64,000 nucleotides of DNA from Gloeobacterales cyanobacterium (GCA_038245785.1 JBBRSB010000002.1:269588-333587), one strand, 5' to 3'. Counted from the first letter of the stretch, positions 29,729-38,739 are shown. Notes: generated by a model not told the origin, from the sequence alone. Numbers and translations are program-made.

Positions 29729-29912
29729 TGGTGAATCCCACGAATGCCCCCCATCCACCACAGTTTTGGGCCTTCTAGAACAACTCTCCTTCCCGCCCCA
29801 ACTGGTTGTTATTGAATACAATCGCGATATTCTTCATCGCCAAGATTGGGCCGAAACTGAGGTCAAGGCCGGGGATGTATTTGAAATCGTCACCGTAGTT
29901 GGTGGCGGCTAG
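29709..29912 (+). CDS. thiS: Sulfur carrier protein ThiS
   Basis: 67 aa, ends EIVTVVGGG, follows thiE. Confidence 0.95.
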   Translation: MVSLKVNGESHECPPSTTVLGLLEQLSFPPQLVVIEYNRDILHRQDWAETEVKAGDVFEIVTVVGGG

Positions 29913-30283
29913 AAATCGTCCATATCGGGGCTGGGCATGGAGCCATCATCTCCACCAGCGCCTTCTTTACGGCTACCCAGAAGCTCCAGACGCTCTACCT
30001 TAATCACAGGCCGCTCTCTGGCTTCGCCGCTGGTTCGGTCATTCCAGCGCTGCATATTCAAAGCACCCGTGATACCAATCAGAGAGCCTTTACGCACATA
30101 TTCGCCCGCCACTTCCGCTGTTCGACTCCACATCTCTAAGGTGAACCAATCAGGCTGCTCATCCTTTTTCGTATTCCGGTTTACGGCCAGTGAAAAGGAG
30201 CACTTCACCGAACCAGATTCAAAATATTTCATCTCCGGATCGCTTCCGGCACGGCCAACGAGGGTCACAAGGTTCAGGGTCAT
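29909..30283 (-). CDS. ssb: Single-stranded DNA-binding protein
   Basis: NLVTLVGRAGSDPE, YVRKGSLIGITG, acidic C-terminus DDF. Confidence 0.95.
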   Translation of the reverse strand: MTLNLVTLVGRAGSDPEMKYFESGSVKCSFSLAVNRNTKKDEQPDWFTLEMWSRTAEVAGEYVRKGSLIGITGALNMQRWNDRTSGEARERPVIKVERLELLGSRKEGAGGDDGSMPSPDMDDF

Positions 30284-30364
30284 AGGAATGGGGTAAAGCT
30301 AGAAGCATTATAGACCCCTCCGCCTTGTCGGCACGTGTACAAAAGCTCTGCTTACAGCTTGCTG

Positions 30365-30445
30365 GGTGCCTGCTTCGCTTAGTGCCTGCCGGACACGGCA
30401 CATCCCCACTCTGCGAGAAGGCTACGCCTAGTGAGGGGGGGCTTC
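30365..30445. repeat. Cluster of short GC-rich dispersed repeats
   Basis: gtgcctgc occurs twice; ctgccggacac is also found near 36148; ccccactctgcgagaaggctacgcctagtg is related to the 11838-11867 element. Confidence 0.55.
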
Positions 30446-30535
30446 GTCGTCAGCGATTCTCTTAAAACATATGACTTTTGACTTTGAGCTCTAGTAAATC
30501 ACCCACTTGCTATCTTGCTAGATATGCCAACATAT

Positions 30536-30561
30536 ATAGGTACAACCTAGGTTGTACCTAT
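30536..30561. promoter_or_regulatory. Perfect 26-bp palindrome, probable antitoxin operator
   Basis: ataggtacaacctaggttgtacctat, 13 bp before the antitoxin ATG. Confidence 0.75.
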
Positions 30562-30574
30562 CAGAGAGGCTGCT

Positions 30575-30784
30575 ATGAAACGAACGTTATACATTCCAGA
30601 CGAACTCTGGAGCCAGCTTGAGGAATACTTGAAGAACCATCCAGAGCAAAACCCATCTAGTCTGATACAGGTGGCTCTTGAGGAGAAATTACGCCCTAAA
30701 AATGCTTCAAGACTCTTGGAACTGGCAGGCATTGTAGAAAATGCACCACCTGATGCATCGGTTAACGAAGACTATCTGAGATGA
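30575..30784 (+). CDS. Ribbon-helix-helix antitoxin
   Basis: MKRTLYIPDELW RHH-like start; ATGA overlap with the PIN gene. Confidence 0.75.
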   Translation: MKRTLYIPDELWSQLEEYLKNHPEQNPSSLIQVALEEKLRPKNASRLLELAGIVENAPPDASVNEDYLR

Positions 30785-31188
30785 AACGGCTCGTTCTAGA
30801 TGCTGGACCACTCATTGCTCTGTTTTCCGCCAAGGACGATTACCACGAGCAGTGTAAGGCTGGTTTTGGCAAACTGCCTGGTTTATTTAACGAGGTTCTG
30901 ACTCCCTTGCCCATTCTATTCGAAGTCTATAAATTCATATGTCGGGAACAGTCTTCTAAAGTAGCTCAAACTGCATTGGCGGGCATTTATGAAGAGACTT
31001 TAGTGGTACCGCTGGAGATGAAAATGTTTCAGGAAATCTATAACCTTGTACTGCAGATGCCTGAGTGGAAGGGCAGTTTAGAAGATGCTTCAGTGGTAAT
31101 CACAGCCCAACGGTATGAGGCGAGCGTATGGACGTTGGACTATCGAGACTTAAGTTGGTTCAAGAATTTGGAGCTCTGGACACCTTAG
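30781..31188 (+). CDS. PIN-domain (VapC-like) toxin
   Basis: VLDAGPL, E, SLEDA, WTLD.RD acidic residues. Confidence 0.85.
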   Translation: MKRLVLDAGPLIALFSAKDDYHEQCKAGFGKLPGLFNEVLTPLPILFEVYKFICREQSSKVAQTALAGIYEETLVVPLEMKMFQEIYNLVLQMPEWKGSLEDASVVITAQRYEASVWTLDYRDLSWFKNLELWTP

Positions 31189-31545
31189 CAAATTACTTTC
31201 CTACTTCTATGAAGTTATAAATGGGAGGATAAATAAAACTGAACGCAGAAAGAAGTCCTAACCTTATCTTGTCAGTCAGAATGAAACCCACCAACTAAAT
31301 ATACTCTGGTCAATAGTTTATTGTCTTCTAACTTGATAAATAGTTTTGTACTTTTAGTCCCTATTGGCTCTGCTTTGATGCATCCCTTTTAATTTCTTGA
31401 AGCTTAATGAGAGCTAATGAAAAAGGAATTTGCATATATCTCCGATTGAACACTCTTGGATAACTTAAAAGTTATTTAAACTAGCCGTCTTGGACACATT
31501 TAAGTTATCATATAGGTGTATGAAGATAATATCTTTTGTTGCCTG

Positions 31546-32007
31546 ATGCTTAAAGACACCACCATCGCACGCCAGCAGCTTGATAAGCGCTTTGCCAGAA
31601 TGTCGCTCGATCTTTTCACCCGACCTCCCCGTGGCTGGATTCGGGCGATCCGAGACAGTTTAGGGATGACAGCAAACCAACTGGCTGTACGTTTGGGTGT
31701 TTCTAAGACACGGGTTGTGGTTATGGAAAAAGGGGAGGTCGAGGGCAGCTTAACTCTGAAATCCCTGGAAAGAGCAGCTGAGGCATTAGACTGTACCCTC
31801 ATCTATACATTGGTTCCTAACCGCACTTTAGAAGAGATAGTTCACGACCAGGCTAGGGTTATTGCCTCAGAAAGATTGGCTGCGGTGGAGCATTCAATGC
31901 AACTTGAAAATCAAGCAGTTCCTACTAGCGATTCAAAAAGGCACCTAGACCAATTGATCGAGCAGATCTTACGTGATGAGATTCGAAGGTTGTGGGACCG
32001 TTCATGA
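31546..32007 (+). CDS. Mobile mystery protein A (XRE HTH)
   Basis: RPPRGWIRAIRDSLGMT..QLA.RLGVS, VEHSMQLENQ. Confidence 0.85.
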   Translation: MLKDTTIARQQLDKRFARMSLDLFTRPPRGWIRAIRDSLGMTANQLAVRLGVSKTRVVVMEKGEVEGSLTLKSLERAAEALDCTLIYTLVPNRTLEEIVHDQARVIASERLAAVEHSMQLENQAVPTSDSKRHLDQLIEQILRDEIRRLWDRS

Positions 32008-32591
32008 GCGACTTGTTGGAAGCAGATGATGCCGCCACACCTCTGACGCCAGAAGAAATGCAAGCGCTAATCCCTACGTATATCACATTACGAAGTGAAC
32101 TTAACGAAGCCGAACAACAGGGCATCCTTGCTGCCGAGCGTTGGGCCTTTAGTAAGCAACACAAAGATTTACTTGGCGAGAAGCTTCTGCGCGACCTGCA
32201 TCGACGCATGTTTAAAGATGTATGGCATTGGGCAGGGCAGTATCGCAAGACAGCCAGGAGTATCGGGATAGATGCATGGCAAATCTCCACCAATTTGAGG
32301 TTACTCCTTGATGATGCGCACTTCTGGATAGACAAACATACTTATCCATGTGATGAAATCGCTGTACGCTTTCACCACCGCTTAGTGTTCATTCACCCTT
32401 TTCCCAATGGGAATGGACGCCATGCACGGCTGATGACCGACCTCCTTATTGTCCAGTTACAAGGCAAACGATTTACATGGGGTAGAACAAGTCTGGCTAC
32501 AACAAGTGACACCCGAAAAAGCTATATTGAAGCTCTCCAAACTGCTGACCAAGGCAATATTATGCCGCTACTTACTTTTGCGCGTTCCTAA
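32004..32591 (+). CDS. Mobile mystery protein B (Fic domain)
   Basis: ATPLTPEE..LIP, ELNEAEQ, canonical Fic motif HPFPNGNGRHAR; ATGA overlap with protein A. Confidence 0.9.
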   Translation: MSDLLEADDAATPLTPEEMQALIPTYITLRSELNEAEQQGILAAERWAFSKQHKDLLGEKLLRDLHRRMFKDVWHWAGQYRKTARSIGIDAWQISTNLRLLLDDAHFWIDKHTYPCDEIAVRFHHRLVFIHPFPNGNGRHARLMTDLLIVQLQGKRFTWGRTSLATTSDTRKSYIEALQTADQGNIMPLLTFARS

Positions 32592-32630
32592 CTTTTCCAG
32601 CAGAAAATATCTTACTTTCATTACAGAGCT

Positions 32631-32732
32631 TGCCCCTAAATCCCCCAATACTGGGGGACTTTGAATTGGCATATAGGGTCTAAAAAGAAGAGTAGGATGC
32701 TTCTCCCCCCAAAGTTGGGGGGCTGGGGGGCA
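32631..32732. repeat. Bipartite palindromic intergenic repeat
   Basis: tcccccaatactggggga and ccccccaaagttgggggg hairpins inside tgcccc...ggggca arms. Confidence 0.65.
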
Positions 32733-32807
32733 TTTTGCATAAATCTGTACGATAAATAGAGCAACCGATTGGGTAAACTAATTGAGTCAATTAGAGTCTG
32801 AGAAGAA

Positions 32808-33053
32808 ATGTACTCTGCAATAATCCAGGAACTAATAGAGAGACTTCAAAAGGGAAAAGTCAGGTTTACATTCATAAAGGCAGACGGGAGTTTAAGGGAG
32901 GCCTATGGCACCAAAGTCTTAGACTTTGTTCCCTTCAATAAGCATCCTCAAGGTGCAAAGAAACCGAGTGACGATGTAATCACATTCTTTGATCTTGAGA
33001 AAAATGAATGGAAATCCTTGAAAAGAAATACCAATGTAAGCATTTTGGATTGA
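32808..33053 (+). CDS. SH3/Sm-like beta-barrel protein (DUF2693/WYL_2-like)
   Basis: VRFTFIKADGSLREAYGT...TFFDLEKNEWKS pattern. Confidence 0.75.
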   Translation: MYSAIIQELIERLQKGKVRFTFIKADGSLREAYGTKVLDFVPFNKHPQGAKKPSDDVITFFDLEKNEWKSLKRNTNVSILD

Positions 33054-33087
33054 CCAAAATATTTATCTCCACAACCATAGTATGGTG

Positions 33088-34131
33088 TTACGCATCTTCC
33101 TCTTCATCCACCCAAATTTGGCCTGTATGGGCTGCTAATTTCTGGCGTTCCGTTCGTTTGGACTGAGCACGATGAATACTCTTCAGCTTGGGAATAGCCT
33201 TATTGCCAGAAGTTTGAGACAAGACTTTTTCTGCAGATTCCACATCCGCTGTATCCGATTGGATTTGCCATTTCTGCTCTGCTTCTTTCAGGGCATCCAG
33301 ATAATATTCATGACGTTCTAGTTTTGCTGCGCGTACAGCACAATCCGGCTCATCTCGATGCAGGCAGTCCCGGAAACGACAGTCCGCCACATAGGGACGG
33401 AACTCCGGGAACAGATGGGCTACTTGCTGGGGATCACAGGATAGTTCTAGTTGGCTGAATCCTGGGGTATCGGCGACATAGCCCCCTTTTGGTAGCGCAA
33501 AAAGTTCCACATGGCGGGTAGTATGTTTGCCTCTGCCCATATAGTCAGAAACTTCTCCTGTTCTCAGCTTCAAACCAGGACAGAGGCGATTGAGCAGCGA
33601 CGATTTACCAGCTCCAGAGGGACCGGCCAAAACTGTAATACTTCCTTGGAATGCGGATTCTAGAGCTTCAAAACCTCGCTTTTCGACAGCACTGACCGCA
33701 AGACCTTGATAGCCCCAGCGAGCCACCTGAGCCAGGATTTCCTTCTCTTGCAGCGCATCCACTAGGTCTACTTTATTAATGCAAACCAGCGCTTTGAGTC
33801 CGCTATTCTCCACCAAATTCAGAAAGCGACTTAATACTACGGGCTCAAAAGCAGGTTGCTGGGTGGAAACCACCACAAGCACTTGGTCAGCATTAGCCAC
33901 CGCCGGACGGTCCAGCGAAGAAGTGCGCGGGAGAATTCCGGCAATCGCTCCCCGTCCATCTTCCCAATCCGGTTCTTGGACCTCTACACGGTCTCCGACA
34001 AAAACCTGTTGTCCTGTCTTGCGCAAGCGACTGCGGACCTTACATAAAAGCTTTTCGCAGGGCCAAGCTCCAGAATCTAGCGTGACCCAATAGTAATTAG
34101 CGAGTAATGCCGTGACTGTACCGATGAGCAA
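33088..34131 (-). CDS. rsgA: Ribosome small subunit-dependent GTPase A
   Basis: NKVD, GPSGAGKSS, GKHTT, DTPGF, CRFRDCLHRDEPDC. Confidence 0.95.
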   Translation of the reverse strand: MLIGTVTALLANYYWVTLDSGAWPCEKLLCKVRSRLRKTGQQVFVGDRVEVQEPDWEDGRGAIAGILPRTSSLDRPAVANADQVLVVVSTQQPAFEPVVLSRFLNLVENSGLKALVCINKVDLVDALQEKEILAQVARWGYQGLAVSAVEKRGFEALESAFQGSITVLAGPSGAGKSSLLNRLCPGLKLRTGEVSDYMGRGKHTTRHVELFALPKGGYVADTPGFSQLELSCDPQQVAHLFPEFRPYVADCRFRDCLHRDEPDCAVRAAKLERHEYYLDALKEAEQKWQIQSDTADVESAEKVLSQTSGNKAIPKLKSIHRAQSKRTERQKLAAHTGQIWVDEEEDA

Positions 34132-34193
34132 AATAGCAACGTAACCATAACTTCTTCTATTGTGCCTGTTCGGAGAGTCAGTACACTAATCCA

Positions 34194-35066
34194 ATGACAG
34201 ATCTAACAGTTCAAGACCATCTAAACGAGTGCATCGATGAATGGCTGGATTATCTAACCGTAGAGCGTGGGCTCAGCGACCATACAATTCAGGCCTATCA
34301 GAAAGATTTACGAGATTTCGCTGCATTTTTGGCAGACCAAGACTGGACCAAAATGGAACGGGGTGGCTTGAGCCGTTTCCTCCGCTATCTGCATGGACAG
34401 CGAATTAGTCCCCGCTCGATGGTGCGCAAACTGGCGGCGGTGCGTTCTTTCTATCGTTTTGGAAATCGTCAGGGCTGGGTCGAAGCCAATCCTGCCGCTG
34501 AATTGAATCTCCCTAAAACAGGACAGGCGCTACCGAGTGTACTCACTGTAGAAGAAATGGAGAAAATGCTAGATTCCTGTGCCACTTCACTGGAACGGGC
34601 GGTACTGGAATTGTTCTACGGCTGCGGTTTGCGCGTTTCTGAATTATGCAGCCTCCGCCACGAAGACCTTAATCTGGAGGGTGGCTATCTGCGTTGTCTG
34701 GGCAAAGGAGATAAAGAACGGGTTGTTCCAATGGGAGAAGAAGCCCAAGACGCGATCCAGGCCTATCTCTCCAAAAAAGCACCTTTCAAATCTGGAGATT
34801 TCCTCTTCCATACCGAAAAGCAAAAAAACTTTAATCGTTTCACTGCCTATCGCTTGATTCAAACCTGCGCCGAGCGTGCCCAAATTAACCAAAAAATTAG
34901 TCCACACACTTTGCGCCACAGTTTTGCAACCCATCTTTTAGAAGGCGGAGCCGATCTGCGCGTCGTCCAAGAACTGCTCGGACACGCCAATATCACCACC
35001 ACTCAGCTCTATACCCACGTTTCCCGCGCCAGAATTCGCAAGGTGTACGATGAGGCCCGTCGGTAA
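34194..35066 (+). CDS. xerD: XerD-type site-specific tyrosine recombinase
   Basis: ERGLSDHTIQAY, GLRVSEL, GKGDKER, HTLRHSFATH, LLGH, TTQLYTHV. Confidence 0.88.
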   Translation: MTDLTVQDHLNECIDEWLDYLTVERGLSDHTIQAYQKDLRDFAAFLADQDWTKMERGGLSRFLRYLHGQRISPRSMVRKLAAVRSFYRFGNRQGWVEANPAAELNLPKTGQALPSVLTVEEMEKMLDSCATSLERAVLELFYGCGLRVSELCSLRHEDLNLEGGYLRCLGKGDKERVVPMGEEAQDAIQAYLSKKAPFKSGDFLFHTEKQKNFNRFTAYRLIQTCAERAQINQKISPHTLRHSFATHLLEGGADLRVVQELLGHANITTTQLYTHVSRARIRKVYDEARR

Positions 35067-35210
35067 ACCAACAAAACAAAATTGATGTGTTATGATGATC
35101 GGTGTGGACACTAAACCAAATAACTGATTTGCGGAGAAAAAATTAAATAATGTACAAACCATACAAGGAGGGAGCTCGAATCATGTACACATTTAATTTA
35201 GGAATCGTTT

Positions 35211-35633
35211 ATGACCATTCCTCCGTTCAATTCCGATGGCAATCTCCCCCTGGGGATTCATTCTGCTACTTGGCAAGAGTTTGTTAATTATTTGGGGTTT
35301 ACAGATAGACGACAGGAACTTCTTCTTGGCTTAAAGTCTGTCTTATCTCAACTTAAAAAAGTTAACTGCAGAGTAGTTTATATCGGGGGCAGTTTTGTAA
35401 CAAGCAAAGCAGAACCTGGTGACTTCGACGGTTTTTGGGATCCTACGTATGTCGATTTAGTCGAGCTAGAGAAGAATGCTCCTGAGCTGCTTAGGAGTGA
35501 TCGTAAAGTTCAGAAGGCAAAGTATGGGGGTGAACTGTTTGCGGACATGGCATTCCTAAAAGCATTCGATAAAGATAGAGAAAAAAGAGAGAAGGGCATC
35601 GTTGCCATTGATTTAGAGAGCTTACCACCATGA
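35211..35633 (+). CDS. DUF6932-like Pol-beta-superfamily nucleotidyltransferase, copy 1
   Basis: IPPF...LP.GIH start; GSFVT-x5-GDFD (hG-S...DxD) motif; KGIV end. Confidence 0.7.
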   Translation: MTIPPFNSDGNLPLGIHSATWQEFVNYLGFTDRRQELLLGLKSVLSQLKKVNCRVVYIGGSFVTSKAEPGDFDGFWDPTYVDLVELEKNAPELLRSDRKVQKAKYGGELFADMAFLKAFDKDREKREKGIVAIDLESLPP

Positions 35634-36097
35634 TCAAAAATGAACGACAATATCGCATTACAAAGGCTGAAGCGGAGAAGTTTGAGCTCACCTTAGCAAA
35701 GTTGAGTGAAACTTTGCCTCAGAGTGAGGAAGTTCCCCCCCTTCTTCTGCAAGTAAAAAAAGATGCTCTACAGAGTTATCTAGATTCCCTACGTGAAGAT
35801 ATAGAAGAGTACGAGCTACTTCAGTCTGGCCAACAACCCATGCTTGAACTTCAATCTTTAGATGAACTCCCAAAAAGTCTTATCAGGGCGCGGATTGCCG
35901 CAGGGCTTACTCAGAAAGAGCTTGCTGCTCGACTTGGGTTACCAGAACAGCAGGTACAGCGCTATGAAGCGACAGAGTATGCTTCCGCGAATCTCACAAG
36001 AGTGTTAGAGGTAACTCATGCTCTAGGGATGAAGGTTATAGAAAAGTTTCTCGTCTCTGTGACTCCTGTTCCGCGACAAGGGACAGAAAGTACTTAG
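35630..36097 (+). CDS. XRE-family HTH protein with N-terminal coiled coil, copy 1
   Basis: MIKNERQY; LIRARIAAGLTQKELAARLG...QRYE; ATGA overlap. Confidence 0.85.
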   Translation: MIKNERQYRITKAEAEKFELTLAKLSETLPQSEEVPPLLLQVKKDALQSYLDSLREDIEEYELLQSGQQPMLELQSLDELPKSLIRARIAAGLTQKELAARLGLPEQQVQRYEATEYASANLTRVLEVTHALGMKVIEKFLVSVTPVPRQGTEST

Positions 36098-37392
36098 TTG
36101 ACACTCCCCGCTCTGAAGAGACGGGGATTCTTGCTTCTCGCCTCCGGCTGCCGGACACAACGAGCTAACTTTCTGGGCTAAGCTCTCGCTTAATCCAAAA
36201 GAGGTCTGCTCTCCACAAGCTTGAAATTCCCTATGCCCTAGGGTATTTACTGCCTCAATGCCCCTACGGGGCGCAGTACCTTGTATTCCTTGCTTGACAG
36301 TAGAACACGTCATGCCTTTATTTAGGATATTGATAGCTGCCGCATGGTCCCGATGCAGTCGCAATCCACAAGCACATTGATGGGTGCGCGTAGATAGCGC
36401 CTTCTTGACTCTCGCATTACACCCAGGACAATCCTGAGATGTATATTGCGGCGGCACAGCTATCACCTGTATCTGATGGAGTTTCCCAAAGTAGTCCACC
36501 CACTGTGTGAACTGCCCCCAGGAGGCATCCGAGATAGACTTAGCTAGATGATGGTTCTTGACCATATTGCGTACTTGAAGATTCTCGTAGACTACCAAAT
36601 CGTTAGATTGGACGGGCGCCCTTGCTGCCTTCACGGCAAAGTCTTTACGCTGTCTAGAGACCTTCAAGTGCTTGTGGGCCATGCCCTGAATCGCTTTTCT
36701 TCTATTGCTGGACCCTTTCTTTTTCTTGGATAACCTCCGTTGTAGTCGCTTCAAGCTCTTCTCTGACTTGCGTAGCAGTCTAGGATTTTCTACTTGTACC
36801 CCATTAGAATCGGTATAGAAAGATTCAAGGCCAAGGTCTATACCGACCACTAAGCCGTTGTACTCATGCTTCTCAGTACGCTCAATATCCACACAGAATT
36901 GCGCATAATAGCCATCGGCACGACGCACGACCCTAACTCTTTTAATTTGAGCCAGTGCATAGAGACTTAAATCTCTAGTACCTTTGAGCTTGAATTTTCC
37001 AGCCTCAAAACCATCAGTGAATGTGATAGCTTTTCTATCATCTGAGAGTTTCCAGCCTGAGGTTTTATATCTACAGAGTGGCCCCGTTTCTTGAATCGAG
37101 GAAATCCTTTCTTTCCTGCTTTAGCTGATTTGCAATTAGCATAGAATCGGCTGATAGAAAACCAAGCACGCTCAGCGCTGGCCTGTCTAGCCATTGAGTT
37201 GAGCTTTTTGGCCCACTCAAACTCTTTGGCTAAGACAGCACATAAAGCAGACAGTTCTTTCTTTCCAACACCTTTATTATCTTGCCAAAATCTAAGAGCT
37301 TTATTGCGGACGAAATTAGCAGTGCGGATGGCTTCATCAAGTTCAGCGAACTGCTGTTTTTGTCCTCTCAACTTGGCTTCTAGAACTAGCAT
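36023..37392 (-). pseudogene. tnpB: RNA-guided endonuclease TnpB, frameshifted near 37070
   Basis: Two ORF-track fragments; adding 1 nt restores VEYKTSGWKLSDD; RuvC motifs GIDLG, YENL, HRD and the Zn finger are intact. Confidence 0.85.
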
Positions 37393-37485
37393 TTATTGAT
37401 TATAGCCTAACAGCAACTAAAAAAGTCGTTCTGAAGTGGTCCCTGAGCTTGTCGAAGGGAACGAGGCTTTAAACCCATTTTTTTG
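36098..37485 (-). mobile_element. TnpB-only IS200/IS605-family element (IS1341-like) with IS608-type ends
   Basis: Minus strand: target TTAC (37489-37486), left end with AAAG plus hairpin, right end GAAT-ccccgtctcttcagagcggggag-tg-TCAA ending at 36098; no tnpA. Confidence 0.88.
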
Positions 37486-37544
37486 GTAACTAGGACCGTT
37501 TCTGCGTACTATGAAACTCAACTTCTAGCGCGTAGAGAAGAGCT

Positions 37545-37970
37545 ATGACCATTCCTTCTTTTAGTTCCAATGGAAATCTCTGCGAAGGGATCCACCAAAC
37601 TACATGGCAAGAGTTTGCAAACCATTTTGGATTTACAACGAAACAACAGCAAATCCTTCTTGGCTTAAAATCGGCCTTGCTAGAACTCAAGCAAACTAAT
37701 TGCAAAGTAGTTTATATCGGTGGCAGTTTTATCACAAATAAGCCAGAGCCCAATGGTTTTGATGGCTGCTGGGATCCTCTAGGCGTCGACTTAGCGGCCT
37801 TAGGAAGAAATGCACCCACTTTACTTAAGTTAATAGATCAGGAAGAGCAAAAAGCTGAATATGGTGGTGTATTATTCCCTTCCATGGATTTTGAAGAATT
37901 TTTCCAACAAGATAGAGAAGGGAATCCAAAAGGCATCGTTGCAATTGATCTAAATAGTCTTTCATCATGA
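37545..37970 (+). CDS. DUF6932-like nucleotidyltransferase-fold protein, copy 2 (DxD changed to GxD)
   Basis: Full-length paralog of 35211..35633; motif reads GSFITNKPEPNGFD. Confidence 0.7.
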   Translation: MTIPSFSSNGNLCEGIHQTTWQEFANHFGFTTKQQQILLGLKSALLELKQTNCKVVYIGGSFITNKPEPNGFDGCWDPLGVDLAALGRNAPTLLKLIDQEEQKAEYGGVLFPSMDFEEFFQQDREGNPKGIVAIDLNSLSS

Positions 37971-38404
37971 TTAAAAATGAACATCAATATCAAATTACTA
38001 AAGCCGCTGCCGAGAAATTTGAAGCGGCACTAGCAAGGTTAACGGAATCTGCTCAAAAGAGTGGTGCACCCCAGGCGCTACTCTGGCATGTACAAAAAGA
38101 TGCACTCCAAAGTCAACTAGCTCAATTGCACGCTGAGATTGAAGAGTACGAATTACTAAGTTCAGGAAAACAGTCTGTCCTTGAGCTTCAATCCTTAGAA
38201 GAACTTCCCTTCAGCCTGATCAAAGCACGCATTGCCGCCGGACTTACCCAAAAAGACCTAGCGAATCGACTCGGTTTACCCGAGCAACAAGTACAACGCT
38301 ACGAAGCCAATGACTATGCTTCCGCTAATTTTTCAAGAGTGCTCGAAGTATCCCGAGCGCTTGGAATTAAGGTCGTTGAAAAGTTCCATATCTCCGTATC
38401 TTGA
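37967..38404 (+). CDS. XRE-family HTH protein with N-terminal coiled coil, copy 2
   Basis: Paralog of 35630..36097; ATGA overlap. Confidence 0.85.
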   Translation: MIKNEHQYQITKAAAEKFEAALARLTESAQKSGAPQALLWHVQKDALQSQLAQLHAEIEEYELLSSGKQSVLELQSLEELPFSLIKARIAAGLTQKDLANRLGLPEQQVQRYEANDYASANFSRVLEVSRALGIKVVEKFHISVS

Positions 38405-38496
38405 GTTTCCCTCCTTTCAGGAGTCTTACCTTCAATAAGTAGTTAAATAGCTAATGGTATATACTATGATATATGTAAATAGCTAAGGAGGGGGCT

Positions 38497-38739
38497 ATGG
38501 CTCAAGTTGCCAAGATATTTCTGAATGGACGCAGCCAAGCAGTAAGGTTGCCGTCTGCTTATCGGTTCGACTGCAAAGAAGTCTATATCCGTCGAGATCC
38601 AGAGACTGGGGATGTGATCCTCTCACGCAAGCCAGGAACATGGAAGGACTTCTTCGAGTTGGTGAAAGACGCCGATGTACCTGACGACTTTATGGCTGAC
38701 CGCCAGGATGCTCCACCCCAGACGCGAGATTTGTTTTGA
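38497..38739 (+). CDS. vapB: VapB antitoxin (AbrB/MazE fold)
   Basis: AKIFLNGRSQAVRLP. Confidence 0.9.
   Translation: MAQVAKIFLNGRSQAVRLPSAYRFDCKEVYIRRDPETGDVILSRKPGTWKDFFELVKDADVPDDFMADRQDAPPQTRDLF

Noticed and set aside
31190..31515. Possible gene remnant in an AT-rich spacer
   Set aside because: Only short interrupted frames, with no identifiable homology
34194..35066. Tyrosine recombinase as a prophage or island integrase
   Set aside because: Sequence is XerD-like, it is divergent from housekeeping rsgA, and no att repeats or phage genes were seen; no convincing dif site nearby
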